DNA from: a virus
Lineage: Duplodnaviria; Caudoviricetes
IMG/VR virus record: IMGVR_UViG_3300044625_001301
Coordinates: 1-53,058 of that record
Reading direction: 5' to 3' (one strand)
Length of the DNA: 53,058 bases
Of the stretch, positions 32,308-40,776 are shown piece by piece; the first letter of the stretch is position 1; each line of letters begins with the position of its first letter. The notes under the pieces were generated by a model. It searched no databases. It was not told the origin of the DNA and worked only from the letters and a program-made list of their open reading frames with translations. The position numbers were made by a program, and so were the translations under genes.

Positions 32308-32703
32308 TCAGAGGACGAACGGCACCAGCGGCCTCTGGAGCGGGCGGTGGACCTCGTCGGGGGTCAGGTAGTAGCGCGACTTCATCGTCGAGTCCTCGTG
32401 CTCACCGGCGGGCTTGAACGCCAGCGCCTCCTGGCCGTGCTGCTCGACCCGGCCCAGGAAGACCCACCTCTCGCGGGGCTGTGCGTTGTGGGCGGAGGCG
32501 GACCTCTTGCACCCGGCGATGGTCATGTGGGAGTAGTAGGTCCGGGGACGACGCCAGGTCGCGGTGCTGTCCTTGTCCCAGCGGTACTCCAGTGCGTAGG
32601 GCCAGCCCGGCGCTGCGCGGTAGATCCGGTAGCTGTAGCCGTTGTAGGAGCGGACGCTCTCGTAGTGGCCGGGCTTGATCCGCTTCCACTTGATCTCGGT
32701 CAT
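32308..32703 (-). CDS. Hypothetical protein
   Basis: GAAAGG RBS; basic and aromatic. Confidence 0.7.
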   Translation of the reverse strand: MTEIKWKRIKPGHYESVRSYNGYSYRIYRAAPGWPYALEYRWDKDSTATWRRPRTYYSHMTIAGCKRSASAHNAQPRERWVFLGRVEQHGQEALAFKPAGEHEDSTMKSRYYLTPDEVHRPLQRPLVPFVL

Positions 32704-32750
32704 CTGAGTGCCTTTCGGTCGTGGGTGGTGGGTTGGGGGGGGGGTGGGGG

Positions 32751-32787
32751 TGGAAAGGCCCCCAGCGTCGATTCTGGGGGCCTTTCC
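32751..32787. terminator. Intrinsic terminator hairpin
   Basis: GGAAAGGCCCCCAG...CTGGGGGCCTTTCC. Confidence 0.7.
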
Positions 32788-32794
32788 GGCGGTT

Positions 32795-33373
32795 CTAGGC
32801 GGGCAGCGCGTAGTTCGGCTGGGAGTCGGTCAGCCGGACCACGATCGCCTGGTACTGCTCGGCGTTCTCGCCGTCGGCCCAGAACGCGGCCTGGTTGCGG
32901 GCGTGGACGTCGCTGTTGGCCCCGGTGTAGATCTCGCCGACCGTCCGGCTGGAGCCGTCGTGCAGGTTGACCAGGACCACGGCGTGGCGCTGGTTGACCT
33001 TCTCAGCGGCCTGGCGTGCCTGCTCGGCCTCGAACGCGGCCTGGGTGGCTGCCTTCTCGGCGGCGACCCTCTCGGCCTCCTGGCGGGTCAGGATCTCGCG
33101 GTACTCGGAGAGCCGGGACTTGGCCTCGTCGGTGAGGAAGAACTGGGAGCGGTGGCCCTCGCTCTTGTCGACGAGCAGGCCCTTGGCGACCAGCGCGCGG
33201 GCCAGGCGCAGCGACTCGCTGCGGGTGCTGTAGGTCCAGGAGAAGCCGCTGCCGTAGCCACCGTGCTCGACGGCGGCTGCGTAGAAGGACTTGAGCTTGG
33301 TGGCGTTGGCGGGAAGCCCGGACTGGCTGACGACGATGTGTGCGGCCTGCCAGCGGATCTTGGATTCGGACAT
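32795..33373 (-). CDS. Hypothetical protein with winged-helix-like segment and coiled coil
   Basis: LARALVAKGLL...FFLTDEA; RBS GAAGGAG. Confidence 0.7.
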   Translation of the reverse strand: MSESKIRWQAAHIVVSQSGLPANATKLKSFYAAAVEHGGYGSGFSWTYSTRSESLRLARALVAKGLLVDKSEGHRSQFFLTDEAKSRLSEYREILTRQEAERVAAEKAATQAAFEAEQARQAAEKVNQRHAVVLVNLHDGSSRTVGEIYTGANSDVHARNQAAFWADGENAEQYQAIVVRLTDSQPNYALPA

Positions 33374-33389
33374 CGGGTTCTCCTTCGGA

Positions 33390-33494
33390 GTGGGTGGTGG
33401 TGTCCCCCAAGGATAGCGACGCTCATGCTGTAGCGCAACCAAAAGCCCCCAGGGTGTTATCCCTGGGGGCTTTGAGCCGGTTGAGCTGGGGTTA
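33390..33494 (-). promoter_or_regulatory. Terminator + SigA promoter (TTGCGC-N17-TATCCT) + leader cassette
   Basis: Hairpin 33441-33473; box 33423-33433. Confidence 0.85.
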
Positions 33495-33495
33495 C

Positions 33496-33738
33496 TCAGG
33501 CGGACTCGTTGCGGCGGTAGGGGTAGTGCTCGGAGCGGTAGAACAGCCGCAGCTCCTGCAGGTAGTCGCCGACCAGACGGTTGAGCACGCGAGCCGCAGC
33601 CAGGGACTCGGCGGTGCCCTGGGCCTCCAGCAGCGCCATGCTGCGCTCCAGGGTGACGATGTGCTTGTTGGTGGCTTTCTGGCCGGACAGGCTGGTGATG
33701 GTCTTGACCTTGGCGTAGGCCGGGATCTTGGTGGTCAT
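33496..33738 (-). CDS. Hypothetical protein
   Basis: Flanked by two cassettes. Confidence 0.7.
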   Translation of the reverse strand: MTTKIPAYAKVKTITSLSGQKATNKHIVTLERSMALLEAQGTAESLAAARVLNRLVGDYLQELRLFYRSEHYPYRRNESA

Positions 33739-33754
33739 GGCGGGTGCTCGCTTT

Positions 33755-33862
33755 CGGTGGTGGGGTGGTGTCCCCCAAGGCTACGGAAGATCAAACTGTA
33801 GCGCAACCAAAAGCCCCCAGGGTGTTATCCCTGGGGGCTGAAGGCTATCTGGGCTGGGGTTA
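33755..33862 (-). promoter_or_regulatory. Terminator + SigA promoter (TTGCGC-N17-TAGCCT) + leader cassette
   Basis: Shares CTGTAGCGCAACCAAAAGCCCCCAGGGTGTTATCCCTGGGGGCT with the 33390 cassette. Confidence 0.85.
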
Positions 33863-34264
33863 CTGGTTGTCGCGCAGGTCGTCGTAGAGCGCGTAGTAAA
33901 CCGCTTCGGTGACCGCCCTGATCGCGGTGGCGCGGGACCGGACCTGCTCGCGGCTCTCCCGCTTGCCGTTGTCGGTCAGGTGGCTGGCCTCGTTGGCCAG
34001 CCAGCGGAGCTGAGCGGCCAGCGCCAGACGGGGGTCCTGGCCGTCGCGGACCGTCGCGGCCAGCTGGGACTCGATGTAGGACAGCTGGCTGGCGTAGGCC
34101 AGCTGCCCCGCCAGGTCGTCGGCCAGGGTCGGGAGCCAGCCGGACTGGGTGTCGGGGGAGGCGATCTGGGCGCGGAGGCTGGCGATCTCGCCCTGGGCGA
34201 GGGCCTTCTGGGTGTTGATCTCCCCGGCGACGGCGTGGTGCAGGGTGCGGGTGGTGGTGCTCAT
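33860..34264 (-). CDS. Helical hypothetical protein
   Basis: CCA leader; MSTTTRTL... Confidence 0.7.
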   Translation of the reverse strand: MSTTTRTLHHAVAGEINTQKALAQGEIASLRAQIASPDTQSGWLPTLADDLAGQLAYASQLSYIESQLAATVRDGQDPRLALAAQLRWLANEASHLTDNGKRESREQVRSRATAIRAVTEAVYYALYDDLRDNQ

Positions 34265-34314
34265 GTCGGGTGCTCGTTTCTCTCGTGGGTGGGTGGGTTG
34301 TCTGGGTGGGGTGC

Positions 34315-34626
34315 TCAGGAGGTGGCTCGCCAGTGGAGCCGGGACAGCTCCGCGACGATCTTGCGGGGGTGCTGGTCGACGGGGATGACCACCAGCTTCT
34401 GGCCGGGGGCGTGGGCGTGCCAGGCGCTGCCGTCGTCGGTCGGCCACAGCTCGACCACGACCGGGCCGTTGATCTTCTGGCGGGTCCGCAGGTACGGCAG
34501 CTTGTGATCGGAGTCGGGGACCACCTCGACGGCGATGTTGCCGAGGACGAGGTTGGCGGCGAGGGTGAACGCATCGAACCAGAGGTTCTGGATGGCGAGG
34601 TTCTGGATGGCGGTCTGGGTGCTCAT
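34315..34626 (-). CDS. Hypothetical protein
   Basis: CCA leader plus GAAAG. Confidence 0.7.
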   Translation of the reverse strand: MSTQTAIQNLAIQNLWFDAFTLAANLVLGNIAVEVVPDSDHKLPYLRTRQKINGPVVVELWPTDDGSAWHAHAPGQKLVVIPVDQHPRKIVAELSRLHWRATS

Positions 34627-34670
34627 GGTGGGTGCTCGCTTTCGGTGGTGGTGGGTGGGTGGTGGGGTGA

Positions 34671-34913
34671 TTAGGCGGATTCGAGGTACAGGTTGGCGTT
34701 GATCCGGCTGAGGTCGAAGAGCAGCTCGCGAACGACATCGCTGTTCCGGTCCTCGTCCTGGGCGTTGATGATGTTGATGATCTCGACCGAGACCAGGGCG
34801 TGCTTGACGACGTCGTTCTGGAACCGGAAGACGTCGGCCCCGATGGCCCCGACGGCGTTGTTGTGGGCCAGGTTGTAGAGCCGGTCGGCCTTGCTGGTTG
34901 AGTGTGTGCTCAT
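34671..34913 (-). CDS. Hypothetical protein
   Basis: Follows promoter at 34950-34978. Confidence 0.7.
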   Translation of the reverse strand: MSTHSTSKADRLYNLAHNNAVGAIGADVFRFQNDVVKHALVSVEIINIINAQDEDRNSDVVRELLFDLSRINANLYLESA

Positions 34914-34949
34914 GGGATTCTCCCCTGGGTTGGTGGTGGTGTAGCTCCC

Positions 34950-34978
34950 AAGGTAGGTGCAACAGGATGATGTGTCAA
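34950..34978 (-). promoter_or_regulatory. SigA-like promoter TTGACA-N17-TACCTT
   Basis: Consensus -35; degenerate box at 34960-34970. Confidence 0.75.
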
Positions 34979-35009
34979 ACACTGCAGTTCAGCAGTGGTG
35001 CGTTTGGTG

Positions 35010-35054
35010 TTCTCCACAGTTGTTCCACAGTCTGTGGATGAAGGATGTGGACTG
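35010..35054. promoter_or_regulatory. Cluster of four DnaA-box-like elements
   Basis: TTCTCCACA 35010, TGTTCCACA 35021, inverted TGTGGATGA 35033 and TGTGGACTG 35046. Confidence 0.55.
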
Positions 35055-35077
35055 GTGGGGGAGGGTTTCTTCGGCCC

Positions 35078-35368
35078 TCAGGGGGTGTCAGCCTGGTGAT
35101 CGGGGTTACCTGCACAACGGCACCCCCCGTGAGGTGGCACCGCAGGTGACGCCACGGTCGGCCAGAGCGCGAGCCTGGAGGTCGTCGAGGGCAGAGCCAG
35201 CATCAGACCCCCGAGGTGGTCTGCGTAGTGGTTGACGATCTCGTTCATGGTCCCGAGCATCGTGTTCATGGTCCTCACGACCCCGATCAGGGCCGCGACC
35301 GTGTCCTCCATCTCCAGGACCCTCAGCTCCAGCTTCGCGCTCTGGGTCTCGTAGTTGAACGTGGGCAT
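35078..35368 (-). CDS. Hypothetical protein (coiled-coil N-terminus)
   Basis: RBS GAGAGG. Confidence 0.6.
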   Translation of the reverse strand: MPTFNYETQSAKLELRVLEMEDTVAALIGVVRTMNTMLGTMNEIVNHYADHLGGLMLALPSTTSRLALWPTVASPAVPPHGGCRCAGNPDHQADTP

Positions 35369-35372
35369 CGGG

Positions 35373-35561
35373 TCAGCCTCTCAGGTAGGGCGGAAGCCCG
35401 CTGCTGTCGGGCCAGCAGCTGTAGCCGTTGGGGGTGCACTGCATGCGGCTGCCGTCCCCCTGGGTGATGTAGGTCGGGGGGAGCGGGAACGACGGTTCCG
35501 GGTTCGGCTCGGCTGGTGCCAGGACGAAGGCGCTGGCCGCGATCAGGATTGCGGCGATCAT
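35373..35561 (-). CDS. Small secreted protein
   Basis: Signal peptide; Cys pair. Confidence 0.6.
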   Translation of the reverse strand: MIAAILIAASAFVLAPAEPNPEPSFPLPPTYITQGDGSRMQCTPNGYSCWPDSSGLPPYLRG

Positions 35562-35749
35562 GGTCGTGGTGACTCCTCGGCGTCGATGTCGTAGATGTTG
35601 GGGTTGGTTTTGCGCTGGATGTTCTCGACCGTGGCCTGCATCCGCTCGCCGAGCCTGCGGACCTTTCGGCTCAGCCAGATCAGGGTGGAGAACCAGCCCG
35701 CCAGCATGCCGAACAGGAAGATCGCCAGGTTGGTCAGGAACTGGCTCAC
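35558..35749 (-). CDS. Small membrane protein
   Basis: GTGA-coupled; one TM. Confidence 0.6.
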   Translation of the reverse strand: MSQFLTNLAIFLFGMLAGWFSTLIWLSRKVRRLGERMQATVENIQRKTNPNIYDIDAEESPRP

Positions 35750-35982
35750 GCCCTGCGCTCCCAGGGCACCGTCTGGCGGTCCCATTCCAGCCACTTGTCG
35801 GCCTCCTGGCGCTGCCAGGCCCTCAGCTCGTCGTACTCACGCTCGGCGTCCAGACGCGACAGGGTGTGGTCGATGATGGCGTCCACCCGGCGCGACTCGG
35901 TGGCGTAGCGGTAGCCGATCCAGACCCCGACGCTCAGGCAGATCAGCAGACCCAGGATTCCGATCAGCGGTTCGACGGTCAT
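35746..35982 (-). CDS. Small membrane protein
   Basis: N-terminal TM. Confidence 0.65.
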   Translation of the reverse strand: MTVEPLIGILGLLICLSVGVWIGYRYATESRRVDAIIDHTLSRLDAEREYDELRAWQRQEADKWLEWDRQTVPWERRA

Positions 35983-36176
35983 GGCTTGCGCTCCCTGACG
36001 GTCGTCTCCAGGGACTGGGCGATCGAGACCAGGGACTCGGCGATCGACTCCAGCAGACGTGCCGTGGACGGCATGCTCGTGGACTGCACGTCGTGGTTCT
36101 CGTAGAACAGCTCCAGGGTGGCCTGGGCCTCCTCGACGTAGGAGGGGCGGCGGGAATTGCCGTGGGTGTCAGGCAT
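35979..36176 (-). CDS. Hypothetical protein
   Basis: Operon-coupled. Confidence 0.6.
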   Translation of the reverse strand: MPDTHGNSRRPSYVEEAQATLELFYENHDVQSTSMPSTARLLESIAESLVSIAQSLETTVRERKP

Positions 36177-36178
36177 GG

Positions 36179-36406
36179 TCAGGATTCCGTTTCGCTCAGG
36201 TACTCGTCGATGATCACGTCGATCTTGGTCTCCGGCATCTCCCTGAGCAGACCGGCGCTGGACTGCAGGTAGGTGATGAAGTGGTGCAGGTCCACGCTGT
36301 GCTTGACGCGGGCGTCGCGGGCGTTCGCGGCCTTGATGTACTCCGGCGGTGACAGGTAGCGGACCTGCTGCTCGTCGGCGGTGGTGTCGGTGTCGGTGTC
36401 AGGCAT
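36179..36406 (-). CDS. Hypothetical protein
   Basis: GGAGG RBS. Confidence 0.6.
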   Translation of the reverse strand: MPDTDTDTTADEQQVRYLSPPEYIKAANARDARVKHSVDLHHFITYLQSSAGLLREMPETKIDVIIDEYLSETES

Positions 36407-37358
36407 TGCTGTCCTCCAGAACAGGCTCGGGGGCGGCTGGGGTGGGGTTCTCATTGAGGTGATCGCGGCGGTACACGAGGCGGTCGGGGTTCCACCGCCA
36501 CGTCTGGGAGATGCCGTCGAAGTCGTGGCTGGCGATCAGCGCGGCGGCGACCCCGACCGGCTCGGCGTGCAGAGGCTCGGCTGCCCAGGCGGGCCAGGCC
36601 CGCAGGACGGTCACCAGGCCGTCAACCGTGACCCCCAGATCCAGCGCGTAGCCGGGTGGGGCGTGGACCTCCCTGGCGATCACCTGGGCGGTGTCCACGG
36701 CCCCCTGGGTGAGCTTCTGGCCCTCGGCGTTGAACATCATTTCCAGGAACAGCGCCGACTCCCAGCCGACCATCCCCAGCCGGTAGGGGGCGGCGGCGGT
36801 GACCTCCCCGCTGGCGATCCAGCAGCGCACCTCGGCGACGCAGGCCAGCATCTGGTCGAGCTGCAGCAGGGTGGAATCGGGCAGCCGGTCGAAGCCGGGA
36901 GGCAGCAGACCGGCGGCGAGATCCTCGGCCTGAACCACCTGGGGAGGCATCAGCTCGGTGATCTCGCCGGGCACCGAGAGGACCACCTGGGGGTGGTCCT
37001 GCGCGGACTGCGGGTGCTTGGCGTAGTAGCGGGCGATGTCGGCCTTGCGCAGGGTCCCGACCTGGCGGTGCAAAAACCGCTGCGGGAGACCGGCCAGCCA
37101 GCCCGCAGGAGGTGCGGTCAGCTGGGGCAGCTCGATCCCGGCATTGAGGACCTGCACCGCCCAGTCCTGGGCCATCCACCACAGGGTCTGGGAGGCGGTG
37201 TCGGACTGGACGCTGATACCCAGATCGGCTTTCCCGCCGAACGGCTCGAAAAGCTTCACCATCCCGGTCTTGTGGGAGACCACCCGGAAATCCCGAAGCG
37301 GGGACCCGGCGGTGTCGGGGAGGTCGGCGACCTCCACGTCGAGGATCTCGTCGTCCAT
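36399..37358 (-). CDS. ATP-grasp-fold protein (DUF4343/R2K-like)
   Basis: EVRCWIASGEVTAAAPY and YALDLG resemble DUF4343 motifs; some catalytic residues appear diverged. Confidence 0.55.
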   Translation of the reverse strand: MDDEILDVEVADLPDTAGSPLRDFRVVSHKTGMVKLFEPFGGKADLGISVQSDTASQTLWWMAQDWAVQVLNAGIELPQLTAPPAGWLAGLPQRFLHRQVGTLRKADIARYYAKHPQSAQDHPQVVLSVPGEITELMPPQVVQAEDLAAGLLPPGFDRLPDSTLLQLDQMLACVAEVRCWIASGEVTAAAPYRLGMVGWESALFLEMMFNAEGQKLTQGAVDTAQVIAREVHAPPGYALDLGVTVDGLVTVLRAWPAWAAEPLHAEPVGVAAALIASHDFDGISQTWRWNPDRLVYRRDHLNENPTPAAPEPVLEDSNA

Positions 37359-37643
37359 TTAGCGGGTCCTGTTCGGGGTCGGCGCTACCACGGCGGACAA
37401 CGAGGGGTCGAAGGTGTCCTCGGGGTGGACCCCGAGCATCCTCATCAGGAGGGTGGCGTCGGCGACCTGAGCCTTCTTCGAGCGGCCCTTGGCGCTCCCG
37501 GCGATGATCCGCTGGGCCTTGGCCTTCAGCTCCTCGCCGAACGGGGCGACCTCACCGATCTGGCTGGCGCTGGTCTCGAAATCACGGGCGGAGTGGAACT
37601 GGCGCTCCCGTTTCGCGGCCCTGACGTCGTCGCTGACCGTCAC
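37359..37643 (-). CDS. Hypothetical protein
   Basis: GTG start coupled to an upstream peptide. Confidence 0.6.
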   Translation of the reverse strand: MTVSDDVRAAKRERQFHSARDFETSASQIGEVAPFGEELKAKAQRIIAGSAKGRSKKAQVADATLLMRMLGVHPEDTFDPSLSAVVAPTPNRTR

Positions 37644-37741
37644 AGGCCGGACCTCAGCAGGTACAGCTGGCCGAGCGCCGCGACGATCGCGGAGGAAGCG
37701 AGAGCTGTCAGCAAAACAACTCTCCAACTGGGGGTTTCCAT
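37640..37741 (-). CDS. 33-aa membrane peptide (not in ORF track)
   Basis: METPSWRVVLLTALASSAIVAALGQLYLLRSGL; GTGA overlap; extended -10 TGTTATAGT at 37782-37790. Confidence 0.5.
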   Translation of the reverse strand: METPSWRVVLLTALASSAIVAALGQLYLLRSGL

Positions 37742-37819
37742 GCCATTCTCGCTTTCTGCGCGGGTAAATGCCAACCGTGTCACTATAACACGGCTACACC
37801 AGGAGTTGAGGTTGATACG

Positions 37820-40012
37820 TCATCCCCGGTTCCCGCGTGTCCGGTCCCCGGTGTAGGTGGTCCGGGAGCCGAAGGCGTTGCGCCGGGCGCGGGCCAGCTT
37901 GTTGTTGTGCAGGACCTGCTTGTTGCGGTCGGCGCGCAGCCCGCGTCGCTCGGATTTCTCGGCCTCCTCGGCGAGGTACTTCTGCAGGGGGTCGGTGTAC
38001 TGGTTCTTGTCGTTCTCGTGGTAGAGCAGACGCTCCTGCTCGCGCCCCGAGCGCAGGCCGTCGATCTTGGTGGAGCCGATGCTGGTCCGGTTGATCGCCT
38101 GCCACCAGCGGTCCAGGGACTCGTGCAGCAGCTCGGTGGTCACCACCATCACGGCGTCGGCCAGGTCCTTGGTCTGGATCGGCCCCACCTCCTGGCGATC
38201 GACTTTTCCGTTTTTCTCCTGAAGGAATTTCAATTCCAATTCCAGCAGCGACTGGCTGTCCTCGGCGTAAGTGTCGCGATAGGAATGCACCCACCCCAGA
38301 TTCAGCGCCGATTTAAATTTCTCAAAACGATCCTGATTTTCTTTGACGGTAAATGTTTTCTCAATGATTCTGATGCTGGGAAATGCGCGTTTCTGATGAG
38401 CGATGAATCCGGCGGAGTTGAATTGGTCGTAGCTCATCTTGACCATGCTGGGGTAGCGCATCAGGTAGTCGTCCAGCTCCTCACCCACCTGCACGTAGTC
38501 AATGGTGTGGTTGGGAAAATTCTCCGGCTTCCACACCTTCAGGACGTCGATCACGACGTGCGGCCAGGAAATGCCGTGCTCGTCGGGAGGTGCCTCCTCC
38601 AGGTGTCCGATGCAGAACCCGAAATTGGCGTTGGTGCGGGACGGGTCGGCGTGCGCGCGGTAGGCGATCGACAATTTACCCTGATATTGCTCGACCAGCG
38701 GGTCACGCCAATTCGGTGGGGCGAACATGGAGTCCACCATCACCTCATTCAAATAAGCGTTCTGGACGGTGGCGAACTGGGCACCGCGCTCCACCGCAAA
38801 TTTATCGGGGTTGCGCTGCTGACGTCGGAATTGCACCCTCTCGTCGGGGGAGCCGTCGGGCTTCGGCTCGAACTGCACCGGGTTGTTCCAGCGCGGGAAG
38901 GTCCGGGTGCGGTTGGGCCGGACCAGGATCTCCCGGCTGCGTTCCCAGTCCCGGTACGGCTCCCAGGACGGCAGCTGGATGATCAGGAAAGTCGGCTCGG
39001 CGAACGCTTCGGTGATGTCGTCCGGCTCGACGTCGATGTCCTGGGCGGCGGCCTCCTCCAGGAAGCTGGAGGTCTTGAGTTTGCCCTCGCGGGAGTTGTA
39101 CTCATCCATCGTGACCCTGCCCTGCTGGTACAAATCGTAAAATTTGCCGATCTTCGAGTAGGGGCTGGAAGCGATGTATGTCATTGCGCTGGAACCGAAC
39201 TGGTCCAGGGAGGGCTGGAATGCGTCGTAGATCTCTTCGCCTGTCTTCATCGAGCCGGTGCCCGAAATCATGTGCGCCATCTCGTCGTAGGCGTTCATGA
39301 AGCCGGTGCCACCACGGCCACTGGAGGACACCGATGAGGATGCCTTGCAGTAGATGGTGGCGATCTCCCGGTCGGTGGAGATCCCGGAGAGCCGGTTCTC
39401 CTCGATCATCTGCTCGTCTCCAGCAGTGCGGATGTAGAACTCGGTGTACTTGTCCCCGACGATGTGCTCGCGAAGGTACTCGCAGTTGAGAACCGTGTTG
39501 CGGATGTCGCGAAACTGTCGTGTCACCGCCTGGGTGAGACTTGTTGCGACAACCATGATTTCGGCAACCTGACCGGGAACCTGATTGAAGTGCTGCTGCC
39601 AGGAACCGAGGCTGTAGAGGTAGGCGATCCGCTCGCACCCCAGGATGCCACCCAGGATGCCTTTGGAGGCGCGTCGTCCCATCACCATCTGAACATGCGG
39701 AAAGTGGGTGAAGCCATGCGTTTTCAGATACTCGATGCGATCCCAGATGTCGGGCTGCACGCCGAAAGGCTTGTGGTGGTTCTTGAATCCCTCGGCCCAC
39801 TGACCGATCACGTCGCGATCGTAGTCGGTCATCGTCTCGGTCTCCAGATAGATAAGCTTGAGCAGCGTCATCTGCCGTGGGTATAACCTCTTGCCGCAGA
39901 ACGATTTATGGGTGGCGAAGTCGACAATGGACCCCCAGGGTGGTCCGGTGGCGACCCCGGACTTGAACTGTCCGATCGGGTCGAAGTTGTTGACCAGGAC
40001 GGGTTTGGTCAC
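37820..40012 (-). CDS. terL: Terminase large subunit
   Basis: YPRQ Q-motif, Walker A MGRRASKG, VATSLTQA, Walker B AYDE, coupling motif SSP, nuclease residues HADP, YDQFN, KDLADA. Confidence 0.9.
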   Translation of the reverse strand: MTKPVLVNNFDPIGQFKSGVATGPPWGSIVDFATHKSFCGKRLYPRQMTLLKLIYLETETMTDYDRDVIGQWAEGFKNHHKPFGVQPDIWDRIEYLKTHGFTHFPHVQMVMGRRASKGILGGILGCERIAYLYSLGSWQQHFNQVPGQVAEIMVVATSLTQAVTRQFRDIRNTVLNCEYLREHIVGDKYTEFYIRTAGDEQMIEENRLSGISTDREIATIYCKASSSVSSSGRGGTGFMNAYDEMAHMISGTGSMKTGEEIYDAFQPSLDQFGSSAMTYIASSPYSKIGKFYDLYQQGRVTMDEYNSREGKLKTSSFLEEAAAQDIDVEPDDITEAFAEPTFLIIQLPSWEPYRDWERSREILVRPNRTRTFPRWNNPVQFEPKPDGSPDERVQFRRQQRNPDKFAVERGAQFATVQNAYLNEVMVDSMFAPPNWRDPLVEQYQGKLSIAYRAHADPSRTNANFGFCIGHLEEAPPDEHGISWPHVVIDVLKVWKPENFPNHTIDYVQVGEELDDYLMRYPSMVKMSYDQFNSAGFIAHQKRAFPSIRIIEKTFTVKENQDRFEKFKSALNLGWVHSYRDTYAEDSQSLLELELKFLQEKNGKVDRQEVGPIQTKDLADAVMVVTTELLHESLDRWWQAINRTSIGSTKIDGLRSGREQERLLYHENDKNQYTDPLQKYLAEEAEKSERRGLRADRNKQVLHNNKLARARRNAFGSRTTYTGDRTRGNRG

Positions 40013-40776
40013 CGGCTGTCGCCGTTCAGGTAAGCTCGCAGACCAGGGCCGTGCGGCGTTTCATATTCATCACCCAGGTGGGGGTCGTTGGTGATGTGCA
40101 CGGGCACCTTGCCCCATCCCAGCGCCTGTGCCGCCAGCGCCCGGTGGTGGCCGTCTTCGATCACGGCGTGTTCCGGCCCTGCTCCAATGTAAATTGGCTC
40201 CAGCATGCCGTGCTCGCTGAGATGACCCATCAGCTTGTCCATGTTGTCAAGGTTCCGCCATTCGTTGTCGTGGCGGGCGTAGCTCACGACTTCGTCGGGG
40301 TGAAGGTGAGCATGAACAGCAGCCGAAACGTCCGGCTCGTCCCAATCTAGGTGAGGGTTGAAAACACCACCTGCGGTGTGCAGCGGCCACGGCCCGTCGT
40401 AGGCAGCAGTATGGTAGTCCAGGCCATCCCAGGGCTGCCTTTTTCGAGTCGGTGCCGGGGTAGTTGCAGCCCACGCCCTACCGGCATCAGTCTGGAACTC
40501 AGGCAGGTCATGCGGAGGTCGACCGGCGGCCTCCCACATTGCCGTACCGACCCCCTTTCGGCGATGCTGTGGCTCAACCTCAATATTGCCGACGAACGGC
40601 GCATCATCATCGGTGCGGGAGATTTCTATCCAACCGGCAGGTTCTCCGTTGATGTGCGCCCGCACCACATCACCCTCATTGGTGATGGTGAGTCCAGGGA
40701 CATCTCGGGCAGCCTGACGCCAGGGCGACAGCATCGCGTGCTGTTCCCTGGCCGTAACAATCCGCCGTGTCATCAC
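40009..40776 (-). CDS. GNAT + ParB-like two-module protein
   Basis: VGNIEVEPQHRRKGVGTAMW; HGMLEPI...EDGHHRALAA; RQAA/HTAA linkers. Confidence 0.8.
   Translation of the reverse strand: MMTRRIVTAREQHAMLSPWRQAARDVPGLTITNEGDVVRAHINGEPAGWIEISRTDDDAPFVGNIEVEPQHRRKGVGTAMWEAAGRPPHDLPEFQTDAGRAWAATTPAPTRKRQPWDGLDYHTAAYDGPWPLHTAGGVFNPHLDWDEPDVSAAVHAHLHPDEVVSYARHDNEWRNLDNMDKLMGHLSEHGMLEPIYIGAGPEHAVIEDGHHRALAAQALGWGKVPVHITNDPHLGDEYETPHGPGLRAYLNGDSR

Noticed and set aside
31851-33862. Spaced intergenic repeats as a CRISPR array
   Set aside because: Intervening sequences are whole genes of variable length, the repeats are promoter/terminator units, and no cas genes are present.
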